Source: a virus
Lineage: Duplodnaviria; Caudoviricetes
Length of the DNA: 64,000 bases
IMG/VR virus record: IMGVR_UViG_3300013105_000005
Coordinates: 12,376-76,375 of that record
Reading direction: 5' to 3' (one strand)
The notes under the pieces are model-generated. The model saw only the letters and a program-made list of their open reading frames with translations, did not search any database and was not told the origin of the DNA. Positions 44,776 to 54,361 of this stretch are shown here, piece after piece; position 1 is the first letter of the stretch, and the number at the start of each line of letters is the position of its first letter. A program made the translations under genes and the position numbers.

Positions 44776-45502
44776 TTGTAGGCGGCGGCTAAGAAGACTT
44801 ATGGTTGACAGGCGGCAAGTGGTGCCGCTAAGAAGGGGATTGATGCGAGCGTCTTCTTAGCGGTAGTGCTCGCGTCACACGGGTCCGTTCCGGTATTTGC
44901 CGTACCGGGCGGACCTTCTGTTTTTTGCTGATGGTGGGATACCATAAACTGCCTCATCTGCAATATCCTTTCTGCATAAAAAGCGTCATTTTCCCCCGCG
45001 TTTCTATAACTTCCGCGCCACACTACAATTACGCTGCAAAATTTATTTGTTAGGGTGTTCATACAGAATGTCGTGAGCCTGCTCGGTTGTTGCGGGCGCG
45101 ATTTCAGCATCAAGGCAAGCCTCTCTGCCAACCATCGTCGTCTGGAATTTTTCAGGACTACCGCCGCGACTTACCATGTAGCCGCGCGTCACCAAATGTC
45201 GGCAGCTTGCCAGCGCCGGACCGGAAGCGGTGCGCGGCTCCATGACGTAGTTGCCGAGAAGATTCAGTTGGAACTTGTTGAGTGGTTTAGCTTTCATTTT
45301 TGCTCCATCTCCCTTTCCGCGCGTTCCGCCGCCGCTTTCGTCGGGTGAACGCTGGATGCAAGGCATCTCCTGCTTCCGCCTCGCTCATCGGTGAAGGTGA
45401 CATCGACATATGCGGACCCGATCTTGCCGTCCGGCGTGATGTACGCCTTGGCGATGCGCGCCGGTCGCGGGGTGCTGCCGTGTTCGATGACGTAGACGGC
45501 GC

Positions 45503-46384
45503 TCATCGCACACCCCCGGCCGCGTAGTTGCACCACACCACCTCAGTCATGCGCCGCTTTGAATCCCCGCCAGCGGCGTTGTTCGGCAACTCGAATGCGT
45601 ACCGCTGCCACTTAGCCAACCGCTCGCGATACAAATCGCAGTCGTAGCCGCTGATGACCACATAGCCCTTGCATGCCAAGCAAGCGTCGAGGAATTCCTC
45701 GTGGTCCTGCCGACTCATTTCGTGCTGGTAAACGTCCGGCGTGGATCGCGTCTCGTGCATGTAAGGAGGGTCGCAGTAAAAGAGCGTGTCCTTCCCATCC
45801 TGCGTGCGCAGGCATTCGACGGCGGGACGGTTCAAGATGACGACGCGGGACAGTCGGGCATGTACTTCTGGTAAGCCGTCTATTGCATTCCACCAGGCGG
45901 AGGGCAACTCGTTCATGTTGCGCCGCGTGCGGGTCTTGGCGAGCGTGGTGAAGTCCTTGAAAGTCGCGGCGCGCGATTGACGGCAGAGAATTAAGAAGTT
46001 GATTGCGCGGCAAACGGCCTCGCCGCCCCTGCCTACTCGCTGGGCTTCAACAAAAAGTTCTTCAGAACAGGGAGTTGCTTGCGCCGTCCGCAGAAACATC
46101 GGGAACAGCACCGGATCGGCGAGCACGCGCCAGAAGTTAATCAGGTCGCCATTTAGGTCGTTGACGACTTCGCTAGCGCCGACCGGGTTCTTTGCCAGCA
46201 GGACAGCGCCGCCGCCGAAGAACGGTTCAACGTAATGAATGTGCGGCGGGAACAGGGCAATCAGGCGATCGGCAAGGTAAGTCTTGCCGCCGTGCCACTT
46301 GAGAGGGGGGTTAAGTGTTTGCGTCATGGTTGTAGCCTTGGCGTGGGCGGCTCCGGTGGTGGTTTGGGAGGGGGAAGTGGTCAT
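45503..46384 (-). CDS. Second DNA adenine methyltransferase (Dam-like)
   Basis: PLKWHGGK, YVEPFFGGGAV, NDLN, FYCDPPY. Confidence 0.92.
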   Translation of the reverse strand: MTTSPSQTTTGAAHAKATTMTQTLNPPLKWHGGKTYLADRLIALFPPHIHYVEPFFGGGAVLLAKNPVGASEVVNDLNGDLINFWRVLADPVLFPMFLRTAQATPCSEELFVEAQRVGRGGEAVCRAINFLILCRQSRAATFKDFTTLAKTRTRRNMNELPSAWWNAIDGLPEVHARLSRVVILNRPAVECLRTQDGKDTLFYCDPPYMHETRSTPDVYQHEMSRQDHEEFLDACLACKGYVVISGYDCDLYRERLAKWQRYAFELPNNAAGGDSKRRMTEVVWCNYAAGGVR

Positions 46385-46761
46385 TCGCGATTCTCCCTCG
46401 TCATTGGCGGCGGACCCTTTTGCCACTTACACGGCGGCGGCGGAGCCAAAATCCGATAGCTCGCGCACCCCCAGCAAATCTCCGTCGGCCACGATCCGTA
46501 CGATGCCGGGATGCGCGGGCCGGGGGTGCGCAGATTGGCGGGGTGGCGGCAGGGTTTATCGTCGCTCTGTTCCGCCAGTTGGCTCAGCAGGTCTTGCGTC
46601 CGCTTCACCGGACAGTCGCGGTAGAAGACTGCGCCGCCGTTGTTGCCGATGTAGACGCCGACGTATCCGGTCGAGGCGCAGTGCTTGGCGACAAGCTGCA
46701 TCGCATCGAAGACGTGCGGTGGGGTGCGCTGGGGTGGTGATGTGATTGTCTTTGGGTTCAT
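46381..46761 (-). CDS. Hypothetical protein
   Basis: Coupled ORF; C.H...CWGC motif. Confidence 0.5.
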   Translation of the reverse strand: MNPKTITSPPQRTPPHVFDAMQLVAKHCASTGYVGVYIGNNGGAVFYRDCPVKRTQDLLSQLAEQSDDKPCRHPANLRTPGPRIPASYGSWPTEICWGCASYRILAPPPPCKWQKGPPPMTRENRE

Positions 46762-46963
46762 GCCGTCTTCCCTTTAATCTGCCGCGCCCAATAATCCCGG
46801 CTCTTCTTCGTACATCGCAAGCAACTCCGGCAATTCACGTTGCCGCGCTTCGTGATAACCGCGAAGTGCTCAAGGCTGTCGAATAGCCTGCCGCAGTGCG
46901 AACGGATCGGGCCGAAGGACGGCGGGAACAACCCGTCAGAATGAAGGATGCGTTTGCGTTTTC

Positions 46964-47428
46964 TCATGGTGATACCCTCCCGCATTCCGCGACCTTCTCC
47001 GAAGCGGCCGCAATCACAACCTCGGCGCGCGGGTTGTGCTTATCCTCATCGCGGTAGGCATGAATCTCGGTAATCTGTCGGTCGTCCGCGTAGGTGATGC
47101 CTCGCAGCGCGTCGATGAGTACCTTGAGGCTGTTGTCGAGATCCCCGCGCTTCGCTGGGCGGAATAGGCACACGCTGAGCGATACATTGCCGGTGAACTG
47201 GGGGGCACACGCCTGTCGCGCGATCAGACCCGCTTGCTGAATGAACATGGCCGCCTCTTTCGAGCGGTATGTCCTGCCGCGCGCGTGCCGCCAGTAGAGG
47301 TTCGCCGTCGGCGGGTATGGGAGCGTCAGTCGAATTGGCTCAAGGTCGCTGCGCCCGGCGAGCGGCGCGGGGCGATTGCCTTGTTCGAGCTGGGAGAGCC
47401 AGGCGCCACGGGGCATCTTTATCGGCAT
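46964..47428 (-). CDS. rusA: RusA-like Holliday junction resolvase
   Basis: LPYPPTAN..WR, DLDN.LK...DAL....DD.QI. Confidence 0.88.
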   Translation of the reverse strand: MPIKMPRGAWLSQLEQGNRPAPLAGRSDLEPIRLTLPYPPTANLYWRHARGRTYRSKEAAMFIQQAGLIARQACAPQFTGNVSLSVCLFRPAKRGDLDNSLKVLIDALRGITYADDRQITEIHAYRDEDKHNPRAEVVIAAASEKVAECGRVSP

Positions 47429-47694
47429 GGCGTTTCCCCCTTCGCTGCCTCAGCGGCAATCTTCTGCCTGAGTTTCGCCAGTTCCCATGCCAGCTTTTCG
47501 GGGTCAGCCATGATGGCGCGGAGTTGGTCGAGTTCGTCCAGCAGCGATGGCAAATAGATTTCTGAAAGGTTGCCAATCAAACTGGTTACAGATTCCATGT
47601 GACGGCTATGACCCAACCTTATCGCGTTGCGCCATTGTTCTAATGCTTCCCGCAACTCAGCCACGGGGTCGGGGGTGGGGTTACTATTAGACAA
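47419..47694 (-). CDS. Hypothetical protein
   Basis: Coupled helical ORF. Confidence 0.45.
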   Translation of the reverse strand: MSNSNPTPDPVAELREALEQWRNAIRLGHSRHMESVTSLIGNLSEIYLPSLLDELDQLRAIMADPEKLAWELAKLRQKIAAEAAKGETPCR

Positions 47695-47938
47695 GGGAAC
47701 CTCCGCGCTTTTTGAGTGCCCGTTCGCCTTCCGTGCTGATCTTTTCTTTCAGCATCGTCCGGGATTTTCTGCACGCACTTTCCATCACGTCCGGCATCAC
47801 GTAGCCATCGCGAATTCCGATCAACATGGATGCTTCCGCCTGGCGCAGGGTGAAGATTAGCTCGTCAACGTCACGTCGCGCGATGATGGAGAACATGGCG
47901 CTGTGGTGGCGGCAGAGGGGGCAATTGCAGGTGCTCAC
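47687..47938 (-). CDS. Hypothetical protein
   Basis: Coupled ORF. Confidence 0.45.
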   Translation of the reverse strand: MSTCNCPLCRHHSAMFSIIARRDVDELIFTLRQAEASMLIGIRDGYVMPDVMESACRKSRTMLKEKISTEGERALKKRGGSLV

Positions 47939-48501
47939 GTTCTCCCCCTTTCCGAGCCGGCGGCAAGGGGAAGGGGAGAGGCGAATAACGCCGCCTGCAT
48001 CCCTTTCGCCGGTTGCGCCGCCGGCATCAGCTCCGGGCGCTGTCCGACCGCGATCAATCCAGCCTGCGTCTTACCGATGTACTCCCAGCCCGCTTTGAGA
48101 TAGCAGCGACCGGGGGTTTCTTTCGCCTTCGTCTTTTCGGTGTCGATGAAACTGACGATGCCAACGTGCGCGGAGATTTCCGCAGCCCACACCTTCGGAA
48201 CGTCCGGCCACTCGTAGCGCGTCGCGGCGACGGCTTCGGTGATGAGTTGACTGCTCAATCCCGCGCCAACGTTGCGGAAGGCGCTGCACACCCATGCACC
48301 CGCCCATTCGTGTTTCGTGTATTCCGCAAATGGCCAGGACGTGACCCAATAAGCCCGCACCTTGCGACGACGGATCGCGCGGAGCACGATGCAGCGACCG
48401 GGCGGAACGAACTGCGGGGTGCCGGGCTTCTGGCGGCTGTAGTGCGCGTCAGCGAGCGGGAGGACGGACTTGCCGGCGCGGTGGGAGAGGGTCCAAGTCA
48501 T
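47935..48501 (-). CDS. Putative Mom-like / GNAT-fold protein
   Basis: HYSRQKPG.PQF.PPG...FRN...SS.LI.EA...SFID...PG.CY..AGW...G.T pattern; family assignment from memory. Confidence 0.45.
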   Translation of the reverse strand: MTWTLSHRAGKSVLPLADAHYSRQKPGTPQFVPPGRCIVLRAIRRRKVRAYWVTSWPFAEYTKHEWAGAWVCSAFRNVGAGLSSQLITEAVAATRYEWPDVPKVWAAEISAHVGIVSFIDTEKTKAKETPGRCYLKAGWEYIGKTQAGLIAVGQRPELMPAAQPAKGMQAALFASPLPLAAGSERGRT

Positions 48502-49550
48502 CACGCCACCCCTTCCGGCGCGCAGTTCTCGGCGGCACTTTTCTTTCGCTTGACTTTGGTCAGAGAGTCGTTGTTGTATCTCGGCATCAACAGGTCGATG
48601 AACTTGCGTTCGAGTTCCTCCAATTGATCGGGGCGGCATGGAAACAGGAACGCGCTGTCGAACTTTTTGAACTTCTCCCCGCAGTGGGTGCCGATGCGTC
48701 CCCCGACACACGTTGATTGGCCGACGTAGACCACTTCTTTGCCGTCGCAGAGAAAGTAGACGCCAGATAGGAAAGAACTGTGCAGAGAAATCCGTCGCAG
48801 GCCGTCAATGTCCCTGATACTTTGCGGAGCCGCGATGTACGCTGGCTCAAGATCGGCGTGAGGCAGAACATTGACCTCGATTCGGCTGGCAACGTCCAAG
48901 CCGCCGTGCTTTTCGCTGAACTGGATAGCCCATCTTTTAACGTCTTTGATTCTGAACCATGCCGAAGTACTGCCGGGGAATGTGTGGTACGGAATGATCT
49001 TGGCCGCTATCCAGTTCTCCACCAACTCCACGGGCACGCCAATGGCCTGCGCTGCGCCGGTCGTATCTACAAACTCCGGTTCGATTCTCCGCGACAGGTC
49101 GGTGTAGAACTCTGAGATTGCCGCCGCTGCATCTTCCAGTCCGGTGACGTACGCCATGCACGTACCGGATTCGAGCGCCACGTCAGCGGCAGAGCAAAGC
49201 TTGCCGGGTTGACGACGCCAGCGGCCTTGCGCCAACTCAAATTTTGAAGTGAATCCATCGGCGTAGCGAACGGCCAGGATCACACTGCTGGAATCGGTTT
49301 CAACTCTGACGGAGATTGCCGACTCGATGCGCTTATGCCAACCGATGAAGGTGTCGCAGGCATAAGCGAGCGTGTCGAGAGCATCGCGAAGGAATTCCGA
49401 AGTCACCAGCTTGCCGGGTTCCGCGTGCTTGATCGCATCGCGGATTGTTTGGACGTGGGCAACCAATTGCGCATCAATCGCGCCGAAGGTTGCGGTGTAG
49501 GCCCAACGCGCAGTGGCCAATTCTTGCCCGTTCAGTTTCCGGTCGCTCAT
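48501..49550 (-). CDS. HTH plus GIY-YIG nuclease domain protein
   Basis: Central excisionase-type HTH; SGVYFL...VVYVGQS...RI..H...E..I....P.YN. Confidence 0.75.
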   Translation of the reverse strand: MSDRKLNGQELATARWAYTATFGAIDAQLVAHVQTIRDAIKHAEPGKLVTSEFLRDALDTLAYACDTFIGWHKRIESAISVRVETDSSSVILAVRYADGFTSKFELAQGRWRRQPGKLCSAADVALESGTCMAYVTGLEDAAAAISEFYTDLSRRIEPEFVDTTGAAQAIGVPVELVENWIAAKIIPYHTFPGSTSAWFRIKDVKRWAIQFSEKHGGLDVASRIEVNVLPHADLEPAYIAAPQSIRDIDGLRRISLHSSFLSGVYFLCDGKEVVYVGQSTCVGGRIGTHCGEKFKKFDSAFLFPCRPDQLEELERKFIDLLMPRYNNDSLTKVKRKKSAAENCAPEGVA

Positions 49551-49783
49551 CTTCCCTCCTTTGGCGAGTAACCCGCGCGGTAACACGGGTATGGGGTACG
49601 TTGGGTTACGCTGGCGCCGAAGTGGATTAGCGCAGGGATGATGTTTGCTGATGTAAGTGCAGCATTTAACAGCAACTTATGGATTGCTGGCGATAACGCG
49701 CATAAAAAAAGCCGTCCCGGGCAAGGCGGGCGCGTACCCTGTTTTTTTGTATCGCCAAGCCAGATTTGTACGATGTTTCGCCC

Positions 49784-51055
49784 ATGAGTACCACGCCAGT
49801 AACACCAACCGCCGCCGAAATCGTCTTCATGCGCGAGAGCGGCCTGCACTGGCACAAGCGCGGCGGCTGGGCGCGAAAGTTCCCCGGGGACCGCAACCGG
49901 ACCTACTTTGGCCGTGTTTCGCCAGGGGAAGCACTCAAGCTCCATGCCGCCGAAGAACTGCGACGGCAGAAGGGCGAGCCAGAGCTTGCGCCAAACAACC
50001 TGAGTATCGGACAGGCGGTCAACCTGTTTCTGGCCAGCCTTGACCAGCGATACGCCGACGGAACGATCGGCGCTTCGCAACGAGCCCGCTATGGACAGGA
50101 GATGGAATTCCTCGTCAGCGCCAAGTCCAAAGACGGTAACACCATCATCGGCAGGCACCGCAGGCTTTCCGACTTCTGCCAACTGTACGCACCGGACACG
50201 CTCTTTCGTCCGCTGCGCGCCGCTGCGGTCGCCCGCGGCATCATCGCAGGAGAAAAAAGCATCGTGCAGATTCGCACGTTCTTCGACTGGTGCAGCACTG
50301 TGCGCCGCTTCATCCCGCCGGCATTCTTTGCCGATGCGTTTGACGCACCCGGGGAACGTGAAAAGCGCATCGCTCGCAAGTCCGAGCGAAAAGCCCGGGG
50401 CACTGCCTACTGGACCCCGGAACAGGTTCGGGAAATTATTGAAGCGGCCCGGGCGACCAATGTTCACCGCTACGCCCAGGTGCTGCTGACGCTCAACAGC
50501 GGCATGGGCGCAACTGACCTTTCCAACCTTGAGGACGTTGATATCGACTGGGGCCGATGCTGCATTCAGACGGATCGCAGCAAGACGATGGTTCCCCGGG
50601 TCGTGCCCCTGTGGGACATCACCGTCGAAGCGATGCGGCGGAGCCGAGCGGCGCGGCCGATTCCGGCTGACGCCAAATGGGCTGATCGGTTCTTTCTGAC
50701 TTCCCGGGGCAGGCCGCTGGTGGAAGATTTGGGCATGGACGAAAAGCGGAAGCGGCACCGAAGGACAGACAGCTTGAAGAATTGGTTCTACCGTCTTCTC
50801 AACGCGCCGGATCGGGTTCACTGGAAGAACAAAGCGGTACGGCTGCGCCACCTGAAGCGATGGCGGGGCGGTTGGTATACCTTGCGAGCGGTGTTTGCCA
50901 CGTTGGCCCGGGGACATGCTGGCGATCCCAACCTTGATGCGATTGTTATGGGGCAGAAGCTGGACCGCGCCATCTTGGAGGGATACCTCCGTGGCGACGT
51001 TCTCCAAAAGCTCTTGCCTGTTGTGAATCATGTTCGTAGCCAACTCGGAATTTAG
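49784..51055 (+). CDS. Tyrosine recombinase (planctomycete-type, atypical active site)
   Basis: LL.LNSGMG.TDL, RSKT, YTLR, MGQ, GY; C-terminal V..HVR. Confidence 0.8.
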   Translation: MSTTPVTPTAAEIVFMRESGLHWHKRGGWARKFPGDRNRTYFGRVSPGEALKLHAAEELRRQKGEPELAPNNLSIGQAVNLFLASLDQRYADGTIGASQRARYGQEMEFLVSAKSKDGNTIIGRHRRLSDFCQLYAPDTLFRPLRAAAVARGIIAGEKSIVQIRTFFDWCSTVRRFIPPAFFADAFDAPGEREKRIARKSERKARGTAYWTPEQVREIIEAARATNVHRYAQVLLTLNSGMGATDLSNLEDVDIDWGRCCIQTDRSKTMVPRVVPLWDITVEAMRRSRAARPIPADAKWADRFFLTSRGRPLVEDLGMDEKRKRHRRTDSLKNWFYRLLNAPDRVHWKNKAVRLRHLKRWRGGWYTLRAVFATLARGHAGDPNLDAIVMGQKLDRAILEGYLRGDVLQKLLPVVNHVRSQLGI

Positions 51056-51252
51056 CGCCTCAGCAGATCGTCAACCTTGCAACCGAGCACCTTCGCCACG
51101 CGAACGGCGGTTTCGAGCGACACGCTCTTTCGCAGTCCTTTTTCCAGACGCCACCAAACCTGCGGCTGGGTCATTCTCGCCCGCTTGGCCGCATCTCTCT
51201 GCGTCATCTTGAGCGCCAGTCTGCGACGTTTAATCTCTCTGCCGTTCAACAT
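51052..51252 (-). CDS. XRE-family HTH regulator
   Basis: IKRRRLALKMTQRDAA...W.RLE...SLET...AKVL. Confidence 0.85.
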   Translation of the reverse strand: MLNGREIKRRRLALKMTQRDAAKRARMTQPQVWWRLEKGLRKSVSLETAVRVAKVLGCKVDDLLRR

Positions 51253-51255
51253 TGT

Positions 51256-51275
51256 AGTATACCGCCTTGGTATAT
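51256..51275. promoter_or_regulatory. Palindromic operator and promoter upstream of the XRE gene
   Basis: TATACC-N5-GGTATA; minus strand TTGAAC-N17-TATACT. Confidence 0.5.
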
Positions 51276-51285
51276 CAAGTTCAAA

Positions 51286-51576
51286 TCACACATATTTTGG
51301 CGCTGCGTCCAATTCCTTCCGCAACTGCGCCGACGAAATGCGGCGCTGGCGTTTGGGTGATTCCTTCGCAGCGAACGGTTCCCGGGCATCCGGAAGAGAC
51401 TCCAAGTACGTCTTGAGGCTGCTTTCCAGAACATATAGGCGCGGGAGCTTTCCCTTGCCCCGAATCACCTGCCGGCGCGCTTCCAACGATCCGCGACGTA
51501 TGAGCAGGAGCACGTCATGGGTGCCGATGCCCAGGGTCGTGGCGACGGACGAGGTTGGAATAAGGCGGTCGTTCAT
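51286..51576 (-). CDS. Excisionase-like HTH protein
   Basis: VA..LGI....V..LIRRG.L...RLYV.ESSL..YL. Confidence 0.7.
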   Translation of the reverse strand: MNDRLIPTSSVATTLGIGTHDVLLLIRRGSLEARRQVIRGKGKLPRLYVLESSLKTYLESLPDAREPFAAKESPKRQRRISSAQLRKELDAAPKYV

Positions 51577-51626
51577 GCTTCATCCGCGGTGAACAGGTCG
51601 GGATGTTGCCTTTGCGTTTCCATCAC

Positions 51627-51938
51627 TCATTTCCCGCGAACGGTCCGAACCTTTGATTTCCGCCTCGGGCCGTTCGATGGAATCCACGGGGTCGGGCCAA
51701 AAGCGCGCTTAACACGTCGATTCACTTCCGCCTTCGTACAGCCGAAATGTTCCCGATAGCCATCAGGGTCGCATTTTGGGCACGGAATTTCTCCACCGTG
51801 AAAAAGTGGCCCGCCCGGTACCTCGCAAGAATCCAAGTCCCAGAGATAGCCGTCGATACATTGCGCATCGAGATAGCCTCCGCCGAACTCGAAACCTTCG
51901 TAGCCACAGTATTTGCGTTTTGCTGTCTTGCTCATCAC
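51627..51938 (-). CDS. Hypothetical protein
   Basis: Coupled; CPKC motif. Confidence 0.55.
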   Translation of the reverse strand: MMSKTAKRKYCGYEGFEFGGGYLDAQCIDGYLWDLDSCEVPGGPLFHGGEIPCPKCDPDGYREHFGCTKAEVNRRVKRAFGPTPWIPSNGPRRKSKVRTVRGK

Positions 51939-52128
51939 TCATCTCCCGCGCACGGCACGCTTTCGGGAATACCAAGCACCTCGCGCACCCGCCGCTTGTG
52001 CAGGTCAACTTCCGACTTGGCAAAGCCGGCGAGCATCCCCGCCAACACCACCGCCGCATCGTCGATGTGCGGGCAGCCGCGGATTTCGAGAGCCATTGCA
52101 CGCGCGGTCTTGAGTAGTTCGTCGTTAG

Positions 52129-52845
52129 TCATGGCTTTTTCTCCGCTGGCAAAAGGCTATTGAACCGCGCGATATATCGTTCTAACTCCGCCTCAGCATC
52201 TTCACCTTCCGACTTTGCCGCATCGGCGAGAATCGGAAGTCCAGTGCGCACCGATTCGTCAATCTCTGCGCGAGTTGCCTGCCTGCCATCCTTAAAGAAT
52301 TCAATTGACTCGGGTTCACCGATGCGAATGAGAATCTTCCCCGCGCCATCGCCGAATGGACGATAACCCTTCGTTGTCCAAAGCAGCGTTACGCCAGGAT
52401 TGCGAGCAATTGCCAGTCCCGCCGAATCCCTCTGGAAGTTCTCGATGTTTACCACCTCATCTTCCCGACGCTTCCGGGCCGCGTTGCTCAAGAACGGGCA
52501 GTTGCGCGCGGACCATCTGGCGCATTCCAAATGCGACGGCGGCTCAGCCGAAGTGCGATTGATGCCGCACATCGGACCAATGACAAATGTCATGTGGACG
52601 CCAAGGGAGTGACCGCAGACCCAGCAAAGACGGTCGCGGATAGCGAGGCGGAGTTTGCTGGCATCTGCGGCGCGGAACTCTGGTTTGCCGTCATGCCACG
52701 CGACGAACCACGGGACAGGATACCCGCGATCATCAATCGCCAGACCGCGCATGCGAATCGGCAAAGGTTCAAGGTCGGGGCGGATTCTGGTTATTGTTTC
52801 CATCACTTCTGCTCCGTGGCAAGGGTGCGAATCTGCATCTCGCAT
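52129..52845 (-). CDS. Conserved-looking phage hypothetical protein
   Basis: RGYPVPWFV, LCWVCG, GPMC, EPP.H.ECA...CPFL; start uncertain. Confidence 0.65.
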   Translation of the reverse strand: MRDADSHPCHGAEVMETITRIRPDLEPLPIRMRGLAIDDRGYPVPWFVAWHDGKPEFRAADASKLRLAIRDRLCWVCGHSLGVHMTFVIGPMCGINRTSAEPPSHLECARWSARNCPFLSNAARKRREDEVVNIENFQRDSAGLAIARNPGVTLLWTTKGYRPFGDGAGKILIRIGEPESIEFFKDGRQATRAEIDESVRTGLPILADAAKSEGEDAEAELERYIARFNSLLPAEKKP

Positions 52846-53453
52846 TGCTCCAGCCTGAAGGTTGCAGCATGGCTGAATGATTCAGCAAGCTGACCTGCGA
52901 TTATCTTCGCCGCCGCCTCGGCGCAGGCGTTCCACCCCGCAAGAGCCAACGCGCGTGCGCCGTGACCCGTGCGGATCGGCGTAAGCACGTCCGGTTGCGT
53001 GCTCCACCACTTGTCGAACGCTTCGCTCATCACCGCACCTTCCTTCGTTTGCGCCGGAGCTTCTTAAAATCATTCGTCGCCACAAAGGCACAGCACTCCG
53101 CGTCTTCAGCGCCGAAACCTGCCACACCGCCAAGTATCAGCAGAACCTCGTCCTGCAACTTCTCCTTTTCGATGCCGCTCTCGATTGCGTCGTGAATGTC
53201 TTCCGGCGTGATGTAGTCACGTCCAGCTGAACGGGCGATTTGTCGGACGGTCTTGCTCACGTTATTTCCTTTCCCCGATGCGCCAGCGGAATTTTCGCAT
53301 CCATCCTGCTCACGCTCATCACGTACCGCACCACGGCATCCTCCACCTTGCGGACCCTTCGACGGGCGACGTACTTGGCGGCGCTGTTGTGGTCTTCGGC
53401 GTAGACCTGCTGGGCGTCGGCAACGGCGTCGAAGTAGACCTTGAACAAGTGGA

Positions 53454-53684
53454 TCACGCCGGCGCTCCGAGCACGCTGGTAACATCCACTTCGAGCGGGT
53501 TGGCGCGGACGACCTGATGCGGCTCGATAATCGCTCGCATCAAGCCGAATTGATCGGATCCGTTGTCCGCCGTGTCCGGCAACTCAACTTCGATAAGTTC
53601 AGTGTCCGCCGATTTCACGCGACACGGGATAAGCACCACGTCTCCGACCTTGACGGGCAAGCCTTTTGCGTCTAATGGGTCCAT
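53454..53684 (-). CDS. Small SH3/KOW-like hypothetical protein
   Basis: D.KG..VKVGDVV motif; AAGGA RBS. Confidence 0.55.
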   Translation of the reverse strand: MDPLDAKGLPVKVGDVVLIPCRVKSADTELIEVELPDTADNGSDQFGLMRAIIEPHQVVRANPLEVDVTSVLGAPA

Positions 53685-53832
53685 AGGTTTAGTCCTTTCA
53701 TCGCCTCAGCCAGCATCGAAGCTGGTCCCCGCAGCGCCTCTTTGCTCGCGGGTGACGCCGACCGTCCAGAGGCATTACGCCGGGCTTGTAAACAACGGGA
53801 GCCGCCCGGCGTGCGGGACCATCCCGCGTTAA

Positions 53833-54333
53833 TCACTCGTCGTCAGCATCAACAACGCCGAACTTCTGCATTAACGCAGCGTTTAGCAGTCGCTCTAGCT
53901 CGTATTGGTTGAGCTTCGCGTCGGCGGTGTTGTTCTCTGTCAGTTTGAATCCAGTCGTCGCAATCGCTTCCCGCTGCTTTGGCTTCAGTTCCGCCAGCAC
54001 CGCATTGGTTTTGTGCCTGATGCCGACGATGCCCAAGGAGCGAATGTGATTGCTGCGCTTCCATGCATCCATTTCGTGCTTACGGAAATAGCGATCGCGA
54101 GACTCTTTCGTGTCGTCAACCAGCTTCGCTACAGGGACGGTCAGATCCCCCACGCCGTCAATGGGCGCGATGACGATTTGCGGGCCGTCGCTGCATCGGC
54201 AGTCCGAGCCACCGAAGCTGATGCCCTTCACCATCACGCGGAAAAGGGACGACTCGGTTGCCGGATAGAGCATCTTCATACCCTTCACGGAAGCCTTGCC
54301 GGTTTCGAGCCTCTGCATGATCGCGTTCATCAC
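53833..54333 (-). CDS. Hypothetical protein
   Basis: AAGGA RBS; 166 aa. Confidence 0.6.
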   Translation of the reverse strand: MMNAIMQRLETGKASVKGMKMLYPATESSLFRVMVKGISFGGSDCRCSDGPQIVIAPIDGVGDLTVPVAKLVDDTKESRDRYFRKHEMDAWKRSNHIRSLGIVGIRHKTNAVLAELKPKQREAIATTGFKLTENNTADAKLNQYELERLLNAALMQKFGVVDADDE

Positions 54334-54361
54334 TTTCCTTTCGGTCTAGTTTCCAAACACT

